NCBI RefSeq assembly: GCF_006345805.1
Contig: NC_043000.1
Coordinates: forward strand, 13,144,001 to 13,208,000
DNA: 64,000 bases
Reading direction: 5' to 3'
DNA from: Octopus sinensis
Lineage: Eukaryota
Within the stretch, counting starts at the first letter, position 1. Each line of letters begins with the position of its first letter. The notes below the pieces were generated by a model that was given only the letters and a program-made list of their open reading frames with translations, did not search any database and had not been told where the DNA came from. A program made the translations under genes and the position numbers. This document shows, piece after piece, positions 52,699-64,000 of the stretch.

Positions 52699-53189
52699 AA
52701 AACTGAAGTAAGTAAAGTGAATTATGTATGGAATATGTTTAACTGTGTAGTTGAAGTGTAAGTGGTGTGAATATTTAATGGGACCTATTTATTTATTTAT
52801 TTATTTATTTACTTACCTTATCTTTAACACTGGAAACAACCATACAAACAAAAACAAGAACAAGAACAACAAAAACAAAAAAAAAAGAAACCCTCGCAAG
52901 ATCAAAAGAAGATATATTTCGTGAAAAGACAGATTCCTTCCTTTTCAAGTTCAGTCGCTGACCTTTCATACAAAGAGCATCCGAATATATCTAGCCAGAA
53001 GTACACACGAATCGTCCGAAGATATCATACTGTGAGATAGCAAAATGTTCGAACAGCTAGAGATAGCGCCCAAATCTTCTTCATATCACATCTTATTATC
53101 TTATGACGAGGGGCAGACTTGATGGTGTAGTCCCAGATACACTATGGAATAAAATATGGGACATCTAGGTCTTTGATTAGCACCATTAA

Positions 53190-53592
53190 ACAAGGCGGCG
53201 AGCTGGCAGAAACGTTAGCACGCCGGGCAAAATGCTTAGCAGTATTTCGTCTGCCGCTACGTTCTGAGTTCAAATTCCGCCGAGGTCGACTTTGCCTTTC
53301 ATCCTTTAGGAGTCGATTAAATAAGAACCAGTTACGCACTGGGGGTTGATATAATCGACTTAATCCGTTTGTCTGTCCTTGTTTGTCCTCTCTGTGTTTA
53401 GCCCCTTGTGGGCAGTAAAGAAATAGGTATTTCGTCTGTCTTTACGTTCCAAGTTCAAATTCCGCCGAGGTCGACTTTGCCTTTCATCCTTTTAGAGTTG
53501 ATAAATCAAGTACCAATTGCGTACCGGGGCTGATCTGATTGGCTGGCCTCCTCCCCCAAAATTTCGGGCCTTGTGCCTGGAGTAGAAAAGAA
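53190..53592 (+). mobile_element. Two tandem SINE family B copies
   Basis: Head ggcggcgagctggcagaaacgttagc and the central domain twice. Confidence 0.85.
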
Positions 53593-54817
53593 TCGTTAAC
53601 ACGTCGGACAATATGCTCAACGGCATTTCATTTCTTCTGATAAAATAAAGTACCAGTCAAGAACCGGGGACAATGTAACCGACTTGTTCTCTCATTTTGA
53701 AATGTCTCGCTTTGAACCCTGCAACAGATCAATGTACCATACAGAGGAAATGTGATGTCAATCACTTGGACACCATAGAAACCAGTCAGCGAGCCTTATG
53801 AGTCCTGGGGACTCGAGGAAAATTCCGTAACGTGAGACAAAACCAAAAAAAGAATCCTTTACGTCGTAGCTCAACTTGCTGGAAATAGCGACCAAATTTT
53901 ATTCAAATCATATCCTAAAAAACCTTATTTTAAAAAGAGGGACACATTGGATAATGTAGTCGTAGATACACAATGTCTGAATAAAATGTAGAAAAGTGAC
54001 AGTTGGACATCCTTTTCGACATTAAGTCAGTCCTTGATTGGGGTTGACCCAGATCGAATAATAAACAGCAATGACTCGAGACAAGCCAATGAGGACACTT
54101 AGATTTTCCTCACCCCTTTTTATCTTTTCCAGATCCCCACCTTGATTATAAAAAAAAAACATAAAGAAGCGAAAGAGTAAAATAAACGGTGAGCCCTGTA
54201 TGGCTGGTCAAAGTAAGAATATATCATATAAGTATATTCTGAAATTTTAATTAAAACGTTATCGTGTATTTTATTTATTTGTTAATTAAGGTCTCATTCT
54301 GAAGTCCCACGCTGAATTAAAATATTGTCACGCTCCACCTTGAGAAACACTACTCTACTGTAGCAGCAACACAGCAGCAGCAGTAGTAACAAGTGTTTGT
54401 GCTGTTAGTTATTATTGTTGTTGTGGATGTTTAACCCCACCCTGGGTCAGCTCTGATCGTGACCTAGTCGAGACTATACCGTTTTTTTTATCTTTAAAAA
54501 AGAGAAAGACACGTTTGATAATGTAATCACAGACGCACTATTCTCACCCCTCCCCACGACCGCGACTTACAGATGTTCAAATTAACAGTAACCGCATCAA
54601 TCTCAACAGTCTCCAAGAAATGCATAGACCAAGAGTACTTCCACCACTTCCGCCTGACTTTTTCTTGACCTGTATATCTCTATACTGCTTCGGTGCATGA
54701 TACACTTATTTGCGTTTCCTCCCAATTTTGTGCGAGCCAGGTGTCCTAAAGATCCATACCGGGGTAACCATTTCTTTGAATCAATCGGCAAATGCCGATG
54801 GGACGCAGGTGTGTCAG

Positions 54818-54913
54818 TGGCCAGCTGGAGAAATGTTCTCCTGCGGCTGCAAGCTACAGTAACATCCACCCTTAGTGGTTAGCCACATTTAGATGGCAAA
54901 TATACTTCACATT
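54818..54913 (+). repeat. Diverged dispersed fragment of the 42.4-kb unit
   Basis: tggccagctggag...catccacccttagtggttagccac aligns by eye to 43338-43435. Confidence 0.7.
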
Positions 54914-57042
54914 GAATCAACTTGTTCCATGTGGCTACTTGCCTTCCGGGGGTCAGCTAAAAGATTTGTGTTCGTCACAGATTTGGTTTTACTGTAGCTG
55001 TACTAACACAGTCGGACTTCCTACATTTCATCGGGAATGTACTTCTTTCCTGCATTTTGCCGGGGTGATGTACTTCTTCCGCGTGGTTTTTTGCTCATGG
55101 CATAGTCGAGTCGGATAAGGCCAAGAGTTCACCGAAACATTCACATTTTCATGCAAATGAGACCTTGCTCATGTTACGGACAATAAAAACTCATTATAGA
55201 AATAAACCTTCATAAAATTTATTATAGAACAGAACTTTTCTTTCCACTGTCATTTTCTCGAATGAAATGATACTTGAAGAAGTCAAGGGTTTTGTTAGAG
55301 AAGAAAACTCATTCCTCCCAACCTTGTTTACATACTCGTTCACCACAGCAAACAGACAGAGGGAATACTCCCTATCTTATAATCAAAGGAACCAGACTCA
55401 TTCAACGCGCTGTAGTTCTATAATCTGTAGTTTTATAATCAATGCGCGAAGGATCGTCTCCCGCGTCTCGAATATTTCAAACAAGTTCAGCCGACCGCAT
55501 TAGAGGTTATTTTCAACCGGCTCTTCACGCCTAGTGACATTGCCAAACATCTGAATATTACGTAATAAACATCGTCCTGAAAGTCTTTGAGAAAACATTG
55601 TTCAGAGCATTCTCAGGACACTGCTGACGACATTCTTCACTGACTCTCCACGGAATGCAAATATGGATGATCTGCGTCTTATATTGTTCAACTGATAGAA
55701 ATCACTGATCACCGGTCAACATTTAAGATATCAAGTGCTTATCTTCACTCTACCCCTTATTCGAATTTGTTTCTCAGTCAAAGAAGTGATGGGTGGGAGA
55801 GCATGTCTAACAAATAACTGCACCAGTTAAACGTCAAGGTTACCGCAGCTTCAATGTAACCGTGTGTAATGCTAGTCACATTTTGTCAGGAGGAATAGAG
55901 TCGAACAATTTGGTTTCAGTATGTGGACTTGTAATTATTTTAAACGCCCACACAAAGATGAAAAAGATGTTCACCTCAGTGATGTTTGGATTTAGAATGT
56001 AAATTGGCATAACTAAATATTGCAAAGTATTTCGTCCGGCGCTCTTCCGATTCAGCTGTTCAACTACCGGAACCTGGTTAACAAAAATTCTTATAAGTAC
56101 GTCGCCAATTCAATAATGCCTCAGTAGCGCCATCAATGCAGTAATATAACAGTACTGTCTCCAATTTAGTATTGAAATCCCTTTAAATTACTTAACCTCT
56201 GTGTGATAATTTTTGTATTATTCACATACAAAAGATAATACAGTTCAATGTCGTTTTATCCTCACTTATTCAGACGTAGTGGCCACATTAAAATCTCATC
56301 AAATGAAATTGATACATACGTTGTTTGTTCCACTTCCTTAGATTCTATCATATCTAGGCTTTATACTTATAATAAAGAAAAATAGATTCTATCATATCTA
56401 AAGTGAAACTCACGAAACTGTAAACCTGTTCTTTTATTGTTGACAAAAATCATTCACTTTCTCTTCTCAAGGGGTACTTATTCAAAATGGCTCTTTATTT
56501 TCACAGGACGTATACACCCTGGTTACTACAAAGAAATTCAATGTAATTAATTGTCGCTTTTTTCGAAATTTCCCAAGGGGCTAATTCACTGTTAGTTCTT
56601 TTTGCTAAACATGATCAGATAAAAACATAAATATTTATTTATTCCACGCAATAGAAAGATTAAAATTAGTTGCTCAAGGTTTCGCGATCAGGAGTATCCA
56701 GCTAACAATTAATGATCGGGTCTATTTTATTCAAGAGAATGAATGCATATTGGAAGTTCATGACTTTCCCACTAGCATTGTATTGTGACAGTGAAATAAA
56801 AGCTACTATGAACTATTGCAAACACGACACACTTCATGGAAACAAAACTCTATTGATAACATGGGAATCAGATTCGTGAAATAAAATAATTTTGTGTGTC
56901 GCAAGATAAGGTGAGCTCTGAGACCCCCTTGACTCAACATGCATCAATGCTCTATAATTTCTGATTCCCTTCCATGGAAAACTCATACAAAAAGAACCGG
57001 GCTGAGATAAATTTACTTAAAAATTGAACGGTTGGTAATCTT

Positions 57043-57113
57043 GGCTCGTTGGTCTAGGGTATGATTCTCGCTTCGGGTGCGAGAGGTCCCGGGTTCAATT
57101 CCCGGACGAGCCC
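57043..57113 (+). tRNA. tRNA-Pro-CGG: tRNA-Pro (anticodon CGG); D-loop one G shorter than usual
   Basis: GGCTCGTTGGTCTAGGGTATGATTCTCGCTTCGGGTGCGAGAGGTCCCGGGTTCAATTCCCGGACGAGCCC. Acceptor, anticodon and T stems intact; T-run terminator ~7 nt downstream. Confidence 0.9.
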
Positions 57114-57139
57114 AAAGAGTTTTTTTTCCTAGTTATCGC

Positions 57140-57328
57140 CGCCTTATAGCGGTATTTCGTCTGCCGCCACGTTCTGAGTTCAAATTCCGCCGAGGTCGAC
57201 TTTGCTTTTCATCCTTTCGGGGTCGATTAAATAAGTACCAGTTACGCACTGGAGCCGATATAATCGACTTAATCTGTTCTTGTTTGTCCTCTCTCTGTTT
57301 AGCCCCTTGTGGGTAGTAAAGAAATAGG
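57140..57328 (+). mobile_element. 5'-truncated SINE family B just downstream of the tRNA
   Basis: agcggtatttcgtctgccgccacgttctgagttcaaattccgccgaggtcgac...aaagaaatagg. Confidence 0.85.
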
Positions 57329-57735
57329 TAATCTTTTACAAACCAGTAATACTCTCATTCAGTAAGCTCATTTAATACCACAAAAATTTACTTTAAAACT
57401 AAGTTTATTTTATGAAGTTTTTGAAACTTTCGTCATTCTTCTTCGACCCGGTCACCGACACGGTTCCACTGCAAGTTTGAAGTGAATTTGATAGCTTTGT
57501 GTGTTACAAAATGGCTCTTCCATGATGCGGTTGCTTCAGTATCAACATACGACCTCAGATGAAGTCACTTGCAAGACAAATACAACTCTCACATTTTGAA
57601 AGTTTTGTGTGTGTGTGTGCGTGTGTGTGTGGCATCAGCACCAAGCAGTGATGAAGAATAAGCGAACTTTAGGTTAGTTAAAACATGTGTGTGACATATC
57701 TTAACTTCTAAAGGCAAATTCTCTCGATCTATTGG

Positions 57736-57890
57736 CGCAGACATGACTGTGTGGTAAGATGTTTGCTTCCCAACCACAAGGTCCCAGGCTCCGTCCCACG
57801 CCATGGCACTTTGGGCAAGTACCTCGGACTGACCAAGGCCTTGTAAGAAGATTTTGTGGGCGGAAACTGCTGAAAGAAGCCCGTCGTATA
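57736..57890 (+). mobile_element. SINE family A 5' half
   Basis: ggcgcagacatgactgtgtggtaag...gaaagaagcccgtcgta. Confidence 0.7.
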
Positions 57891-58255
57891 TATATATATA
57901 TTATATATATATATAACTTTGTCTTTTATAAATTTGTCTTTTTTTCAGCATATTTGGCATTAGAATTTTTCTTTTGCCCTTATTTTATAAGTTATTTATA
58001 AATTTAACCTTTAAAGGTATTTTTTGATATGCTGGCCATTGATATAATTTTTTTTCGAAAAAAATTTCACCCTACATTAGTTGTGTGTGTATATATATAT
58101 ATATATAAATGGATGAATGAATTATCCTTTGTTTACCGTTAACATGGAAAATTCAATAAACAGTTACCAGGGTAGCAAAATTCACGCAAGTAACAAGAAT
58201 GTAGCGACCTATTCAAAGGTAGAATCTTCGGGTTAATGTGCAGTAATTTGTATAG

Positions 58256-58321
58256 TATAAGTAAATAAATGGAGTTGAACGCAGAATTTGAATAGCATCT
58301 GCGTTCAACTCCATTTATTTA

Positions 58322-58327
<6 letters not shown>
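58256..58327. repeat. 30-bp perfect inverted repeat, 12-nt loop
   Basis: tataagtaaataaatggagttgaacgcaga / tctgcgttcaactccatttatttacttata. Confidence 0.93.
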
Positions 58328-58375
<48 letters not shown>

Positions 58376-58917
58376 ATATCAAAATTCAGTTATCATTATC
58401 TTTAAAAAAACAATGATAAAGTGGCTTAGCAAACATATCCAAATATGCAAAATATACTATTAAAAGTCAGGGTACAATATGTACCTGTTTACTTGAAAGA
58501 AGAATAAGAATTCCCCAAACCACGTATCTCTCATTATATGCAAATACACACTGAGAATGTAGCAAATACATATAGAAAAAAAAACGGTTTTCCCAGTTTG
58601 TAAATCTACAAACCAATCGGATTCGCGCTCACGCACGTGATCCGAAAAGTTTGAAACAGCAGTATTAAATTATCTTTCTTCGTAGAGGTAAGACGGAATT
58701 TTCTGATATTCACCGCCTGCAAACATCTCTGCTTGTAAACATTCAGTGAAGCTCTACATAGCGCCGATAGCTTACCGGCTGCTATTTCTAGCATTGATTG
58801 TTCTTCCTGTACATCAATTTTGTATATTTATAATTCTACATGTTATGGTGCTTTATTCTTGCTGGATACTAATATTATTTTTAATAATATTTATATTTCT
58901 TGTGTGTGTGTGTGTGT

Positions 58918-59142
58918 ATCTGTAAATGTAGTATGTGACAATTATTCGGTAGCCATGATAAAACTCCGAGTTTCGGATGCCGAGGTGGAAATCCACGCCA
59001 CCATCTCTTCAGTTATCCGGTCATCGGAAAAAACGATGGCCGGATAACTGAAGAGATGGTGGCGTGGATTTCCACCTCGGCATCCGAAACTCGGAGTTTT
59101 ATCATGGCTACTGAATAATTGTCACATATTACATTTACAGAT
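58918..59142. repeat. 109-bp inverted repeat with 7-nt loop
   Basis: Arms 58918-59026 and 59034-59142 with three mismatches. Confidence 0.95.
59043..59103 (+). ncRNA. Type-I hammerhead (CUGAAGA core); mirror copy at 58957-59017 (-)
   Basis: gataa CTGAAGA gatg...catcc GAAA ctc-g-gag TT^ ttatc; stem II has an inner gtgg-attt-ccac hairpin. Confidence 0.7.
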
Positions 59143-60199
59143 AAATTCCTCTATTTACATAATATCGAAGTCTCTCTTTCTTTTTTTTTATCTTACCGTT
59201 TTTATCAATATATATATATATAATATAAGAAAATGGAGAAATATATCTAAATCATTCATCAACTATCAGATAATACCGAAGAGGTGGGGACGGGCAAATA
59301 TAAGGTTAAAGCATTAAATTTAATAAAATTCGTGTTAAACACAGTATCGAAACATTATTTCAGGGTAAGCCCCAGGTCTTTTGTCGGTGGAGCACGTTCA
59401 CCACTTATGGCTACCAGCCATCATCGGCGGTACTTAGCAAACATCGTTGCAAAAATTCCAGGAATTCCAAGTTGGACGTTGGCTGATTCTTTCAAGAATC
59501 GACATAGAAATCATGTTTCTAGTTTTTAAAAAAACTGAACAAGAGACACGTGACATCACTGGCAGATTTTCTATGGCAACTGAAAACCGACAGGATTAAA
59601 TATGAGATTTCATGGTCAATTATAAAATATGCAAAACCCTACAACACCCATTCTAGGACCTGTGGATTATGATCTGAAGAATCCCTATCAATTTTGCTTA
59701 TTAGGGAAAAGATAATTGATAAATTAACTGAACGAATTACACGTTGTTTATATAACAAGAAAGTGGTTTCATGGTTACATAACACGAGGTGGTTTCATGG
59801 CAAAGAATTCATTTTACGTCATCCAAGGAATTTTTACCATTAAGACTATTCTACAGAGACCTGAATAAGTGGAAATCCGAAGGAGCAATATCTGGTGAAT
59901 ATGGAGGATGAGGTAACACATCCCAGCCGAGCTGCAGCAATTGTTGTCTGGTTCCCAAAGCATCAAGTGCTGAAAATAAACTTTCTTATCTTCCATTTTA
60001 AAGGGTTACAGAATTAACACAGGTTATAGGAACATAAATCTTCTTCAACGAAAAGATAGCTCAAACTGTGCTCTAAATGGAGGTGTAGTCAAATCCTATT
60101 TTATGGACTCAACCATGTTCTAAAATAAGTCGAAAGGTAAGCTACTTCAAGCATGTTCTAAAATAAGTCGAAAGGTAATCGGCACGAACTTTCCGGACA

Positions 60200-60850
60200 T
60201 CCCAATAGAATGTTGCAGTTTGACATTGTCAACATTACAGTATATTGCAGTTTGACATTTCAAATATTGCAGCACATGGCAGTTTGACACTGTCAATATT
60301 GCAATTTACTGCAATTGATGCTGTTTGTTGAACGAAGCGGTCTTCGTCCCAGAGTGGGAGAAGTCCGAAACGTGGTCCTTTGCTATTCGTAAGACCCACA
60401 GAAGAGAAAGCAGGTCAACCCCCGACAACGAGAGCATCGACGGATGGATGAATGTGCATCCAGGCTCAGCGGTTGCGTAGGAAGTCAGGGATATAAGAAA
60501 GAGGAAGAAAGCTTGAGAGAAAGTTGGAGCGAAAGAGTACAACAGGGGTTGCCACGTGGAGCTTTAGGTGTTTTCGCTCAATAAACACACAACGCCCGGT
60601 CTGGGAATCGAAACCGCGATCCTCCGACCGCGAGTCCTTTGCCCTAGCCACTGGGCCATTGCGCCTCCACTGCAATTGATACTGTCAACATTGCAGAATA
60701 TTATTGTTTGACACTAACATAACAGTATTTTGAAGTTTTACACTCTCAGCTTCGCGTTATACTGCAGTTTTACCGTCTATCTGCAGTATTTCGCAATTTT
60801 CTGTCATTAGTGTAACATGGCAACGATAACTACTCTGTAGTATGATTGCC
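60200..60850 (+). repeat. Degenerate minisatellite (tgcagtttgacattgtcaa-like) interrupted by a SINE
   Basis: Recurrent gcagtttgaca motifs at 60200-60320 and 60670-60850. Confidence 0.6.
60320..60668 (-). mobile_element. SINE with family C head and a third 3' tail, 12-bp TSD
   Basis: TSD actgcaattgat at 60308-60319 and 60669-60680; head matches 18922-19304 but 60320-60490 does not. Confidence 0.8.
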
Positions 60851-61617
60851 AACTATGTTAATTCAGTAAATAAAAAAAAATGTTCTAAACACCGTTCACT
60901 ATACTCACTGGCCTTTCAGTTACCCAGTTTCCCAGTTTCCCATCCTACGCCCCATTTTCAAAGTATTCTATAATAAACTTTGCACAAAAGAAGAGAAAAA
61001 GAAATAAGGCAACTTTTCAGAAAATGGCTCCGATTGTTTGATGAAATCTCTGTATAGCTCGCCAAAACTTTCACAACAACATGCACCAAAGTCACAGAAC
61101 ACCTGACTACTATTCATTATAATTAGCGAGTGGACATTTTGGTGAGAACATTTACTCGTTTATATTATTTATAGACGTACCCTGGTGCCACAGGAAGTGC
61201 TGTGTATACAATGTGATTTCTCATCATAGAAGTTTATTCGATAAACCGTTTTGATTTTAAAGGCTGCTCTGTAGCGTGCTTTTATTTGGAGGTATTTCTC
61301 TCATAACACAAATCCCGTTTTTCGTGGTTTTGTTTCTTTTATTTTTACTTCCTTTGGTCACAGTGAAGCAATTGAATTGTATGTTAGCGAAACCTGAAAA
61401 GAATTTATTACTGCGTATTCCTGTGTATATATTCAGTTGGGCGTGTTTATATAAAGTCAAAAATAATCATACTCTTATAAATCGCCTCATTTTACGCTAA
61501 ACTACATATCTAATTAAACGTATATTAAAACAAAAGATAAGAAAATCGGGTATTTTATAACATAGCAGCGAGCCAAGCAGTGGTTTCAAAATGGTAGTCG
61601 TATTTGGTCAATCTGCC

Positions 61618-61830
61618 ACATGTGAAGGCGCGTGGCTTAGTGGCTATGATATTCGGCTCACGATCGCAAGGTCGTGAGTTCGATTCCCGGTGCATTGTAC
61701 CCTTGACCAAGACACTTTATTTCACGTTGCTCCAGTTCACTCTACTGGCAAAAATGAGTTTTACCTATTATTCAAAAGGTCAGCCTTGTCACATTCTGTG
61801 TCATGTCGAACGAATCCATCAGGGCATTTA
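61618..61830 (+). mobile_element. SINE family D
   Basis: gtgaaggcgcgtggcttagtgg...gttcgattcccgg...ccttgaccaagacactttatttcacgttgctccag. Confidence 0.8.
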
Positions 61831-62224
61831 CTGCAATTTTCGAACTAAAATTATTGTTCTGAAATGGTGTTAATAAATATGTTTTCTCGTAGTAGGTTGG
61901 TGGAATTAGTTGACCGAGATAACAGAATAGCTTGTATTTTGTAACGTTCTTTAGACTCTACGGATCATGTGCTGCCGTCACACTGAGCTGATTAGTTGCG
62001 TTATGGGTGATGATGAACTGAGACTACGGCTTCTACAGCATTTGCAGTACCAGAACAGACGTGATCGTCCTTTGTTATGCACGTTTCCCTGTATCATGTT
62101 TCCTTGATGGGGCTACAGTCCTGGATCAAGAGTGGTAGCCCATTATATGGAAAGCTGTTAGGCACTCAGAGTCAGATAACGTCCCCGATGGAAATTCCAC
62201 ATTAGCAATCCATAGAGGATCAGA

Positions 62225-62740
62225 AATGGAAAGAGCGATAATGTCCACGGAGAAACTCTGAGCAATGATGAGAATGAAGTAGTTGATCTGTTCTAGACTT
62301 CCATCAGCCTGCGGTCTATAAACAACTTGTAGAAATTCCCTGGGATGACCGTGCTACTGAAGAGCATTACCAGTTCTATATAAATTGTCCGTGATGCACG
62401 TAGAGCGACAAAAATGCTCTGCACACATTCGTTCATTTTCTGAACAATACTAAATTATGGAGTTTTGTCGAATATTCGTTATTTTGTGGAGGACATATGC
62501 AGCTACTGGCCGAGTTTATCGTGAAGATTACCACGTCGAATTATTTTCGCTTAGTGGCTTTAACAAAGTGATTGTACAGTATACATGACCTAAAGAAACA
62601 GAGAAAGACACTTCCCTCTTTTGTCAAGCCCTCATTGGCTTTTTCCAATTTTGATTAAAGAGGAAGCTGATAGTGAAGCAGGAGGTGCTTCTCTCCAGCA
62701 AATTTTCTGAAAGGTGGATGGCCTCAGCATGCACAAATTG
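62225..62740 (+). pseudogene. Decayed L1/Tx1-type LINE ORF2 C-terminus
   Basis: Manual translation across frameshifts: DNVHGETLSNDENEVVDLF, CP*CT*SDKNALHTFVH (CPxC..ET..H zinc-knuckle-like), CQALIGFFQF*LKRKL...KFSERWM. Confidence 0.55.
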
Positions 62741-63489
62741 GCTGGAGAATATAAGGGAGAGAAGGTATTTTCCTTTGGCTGTCATGGTAATCTTCTTGGG
62801 TTTGTGAAATACGTAAATTAACTCTAGGTAGAGACTCTTCTCGTTTGGGACTGTCACCCAATTGTCCTCACTTTATTTTCCATCTTTCTATTGTTCTCTC
62901 AACTGTTACTTGTGCATCCAGTCTTACATCCAGTCATGGGCACTGCATTATGTCATGTTTGATACACTTAAACTTTCAAATAATCTAGTTAGTCTACATG
63001 TATCAAAAGTTATGCAAAAGGAACAGACAAGGGACATCTCACCAGATAGGAGTGAGAAGCTGGCACCAAGGTACCCTATGGCAACGATCATCCTTCGTCC
63101 CGTTCCCCTTTCTTAAACTGAGTCCTCCCTATTTTCTGAATACACTTCTATATATCTTGCCCTGTCGAGGAAACATACCTTCTGGCATAGATAGGTCTTG
63201 GCCACTTGAAAGTGGAACCAGTGGTTCGTTAGTGACTTACAGTACTGAGTTCATCTTCTTTTGTGTGCGTGGTGGATTGGTAGAATAGCTTTGATATGTT
63301 GAACAAAATGCCTTGTGATTATATATTTACGGATCTTCATGCTTTGATATCAAGCCACATTGATTTGCCTTTCATCCTCCAGGGCGGATTAAATAAAACA
63401 CCAATTGAATGTACTAGAGTCGATGTAATTCACTAACCCACTTCCCCTAACATTGGTGACCTCGTGCCAAAATTTGAAGCAATTATTCT

Positions 63490-63705
63490 CGTTGGACAAA
63501 ATGCTTCGTTGCCACACCATACAAAATGCTTAACGGGATTTCTTCCGGCACTTTACGTTTCGAGTTCAAGTTTCACCTAAGTCGTCTATGCCTTTGATCC
63601 TTTTCAGGTCAATAAAATCAGTACCAGTGAAGTGCTGGGATCGACATAATCAACTAACTCCCATCCCCCAAAATATCAGGCCTTGTACCTATAGTAGAAA
63701 GGATG
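63490..63705 (+). mobile_element. SINE family B, diverged
   Basis: caaaatgcttaacggg...gttcaagtttcacctaagtcgtctatgcctttgatcc...caggccttgtacctatagtagaaagg. Confidence 0.7.
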
Positions 63706-63752
<47 letters not shown>

Positions 63753-64000
63753 GTAGAGTGAGAGAGAACAGTGCATGCCATCAAAGTGACACTGGGGTAA
63801 AATATACGAAGCCCAAAACACCAATGATGACAACTTGTCTGATGAGGGTACACCAGGTGCATGCATCACAACCACATGTGCGTGACATGACATGATGATC
63901 TCATATTTGTATATGTTTGTGTGACAGTGTTTGTCCTCCCGCCAACATCGCTTGACAACCGATGCTGGTGTGTTTACGTCCCCGTAACCTAGCAGTTCGG

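Noticed and set aside
55100-56900. Non-repetitive stretch as a possible exon
   Set aside because: Only a 78-aa ORF with no recognisable motif; other frames have stops. Would need RNA-seq or BLASTx.
59670-59720. ctgaaga...tagggaaaa as a hammerhead
   Set aside because: Stem II does not abut the core correctly and stems I and III do not form.
60114-60178. 27-bp direct repeat with an 11-bp spacer
   Set aside because: Only two copies; most simply a local slippage duplication.
60325-60385. Long hairpin followed by gaaacgtggtc on the plus strand
   Set aside because: No valid core or stem I; it is the reverse complement of a SINE tail hairpin.
63836-63870. ctgatga at ~63839
   Set aside because: No GAAA or stems downstream; chance heptamer.

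Overview
Repeat-dominated eukaryotic DNA, most likely from an octopus or related coleoid cephalopod (inferred from SINE families I recognise; not database-checked). I found no host protein-coding exon; almost all ORFs in the track are microsatellite or satellite artefacts. Supported content: (1) a decayed Penelope-like element (RT plus GIY-YIG endonuclease, minus strand, ~7.77-11.04 kb) split just before its YVDD motif by a CR1-type LINE fragment; (2) a ~47-copy 77-bp satellite running into a 100-N gap; (3) one tRNA-Pro(CGG); (4) dozens of tRNA-derived SINEs in four families, Tc1/mariner-type MITEs and old LINE remnants; (5) long microsatellites. The main finding is a set of at least seven unrelated type-I hammerhead ribozyme (HHR) motifs, plus one decayed candidate. 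Most lie in tandem and/or fold-back cassettes bordered by (TA)n. They include a ~350-bp retrozyme-like tandem unit with a canonical HHR (42.4-43.5 kb) and cores carrying G3:C8, U3:A8, U4C and A6U variants. All structures were folded by hand and none is shown to be active. Indel differences between repeat copies suggest that some architectures are affected by long-read consensus error.
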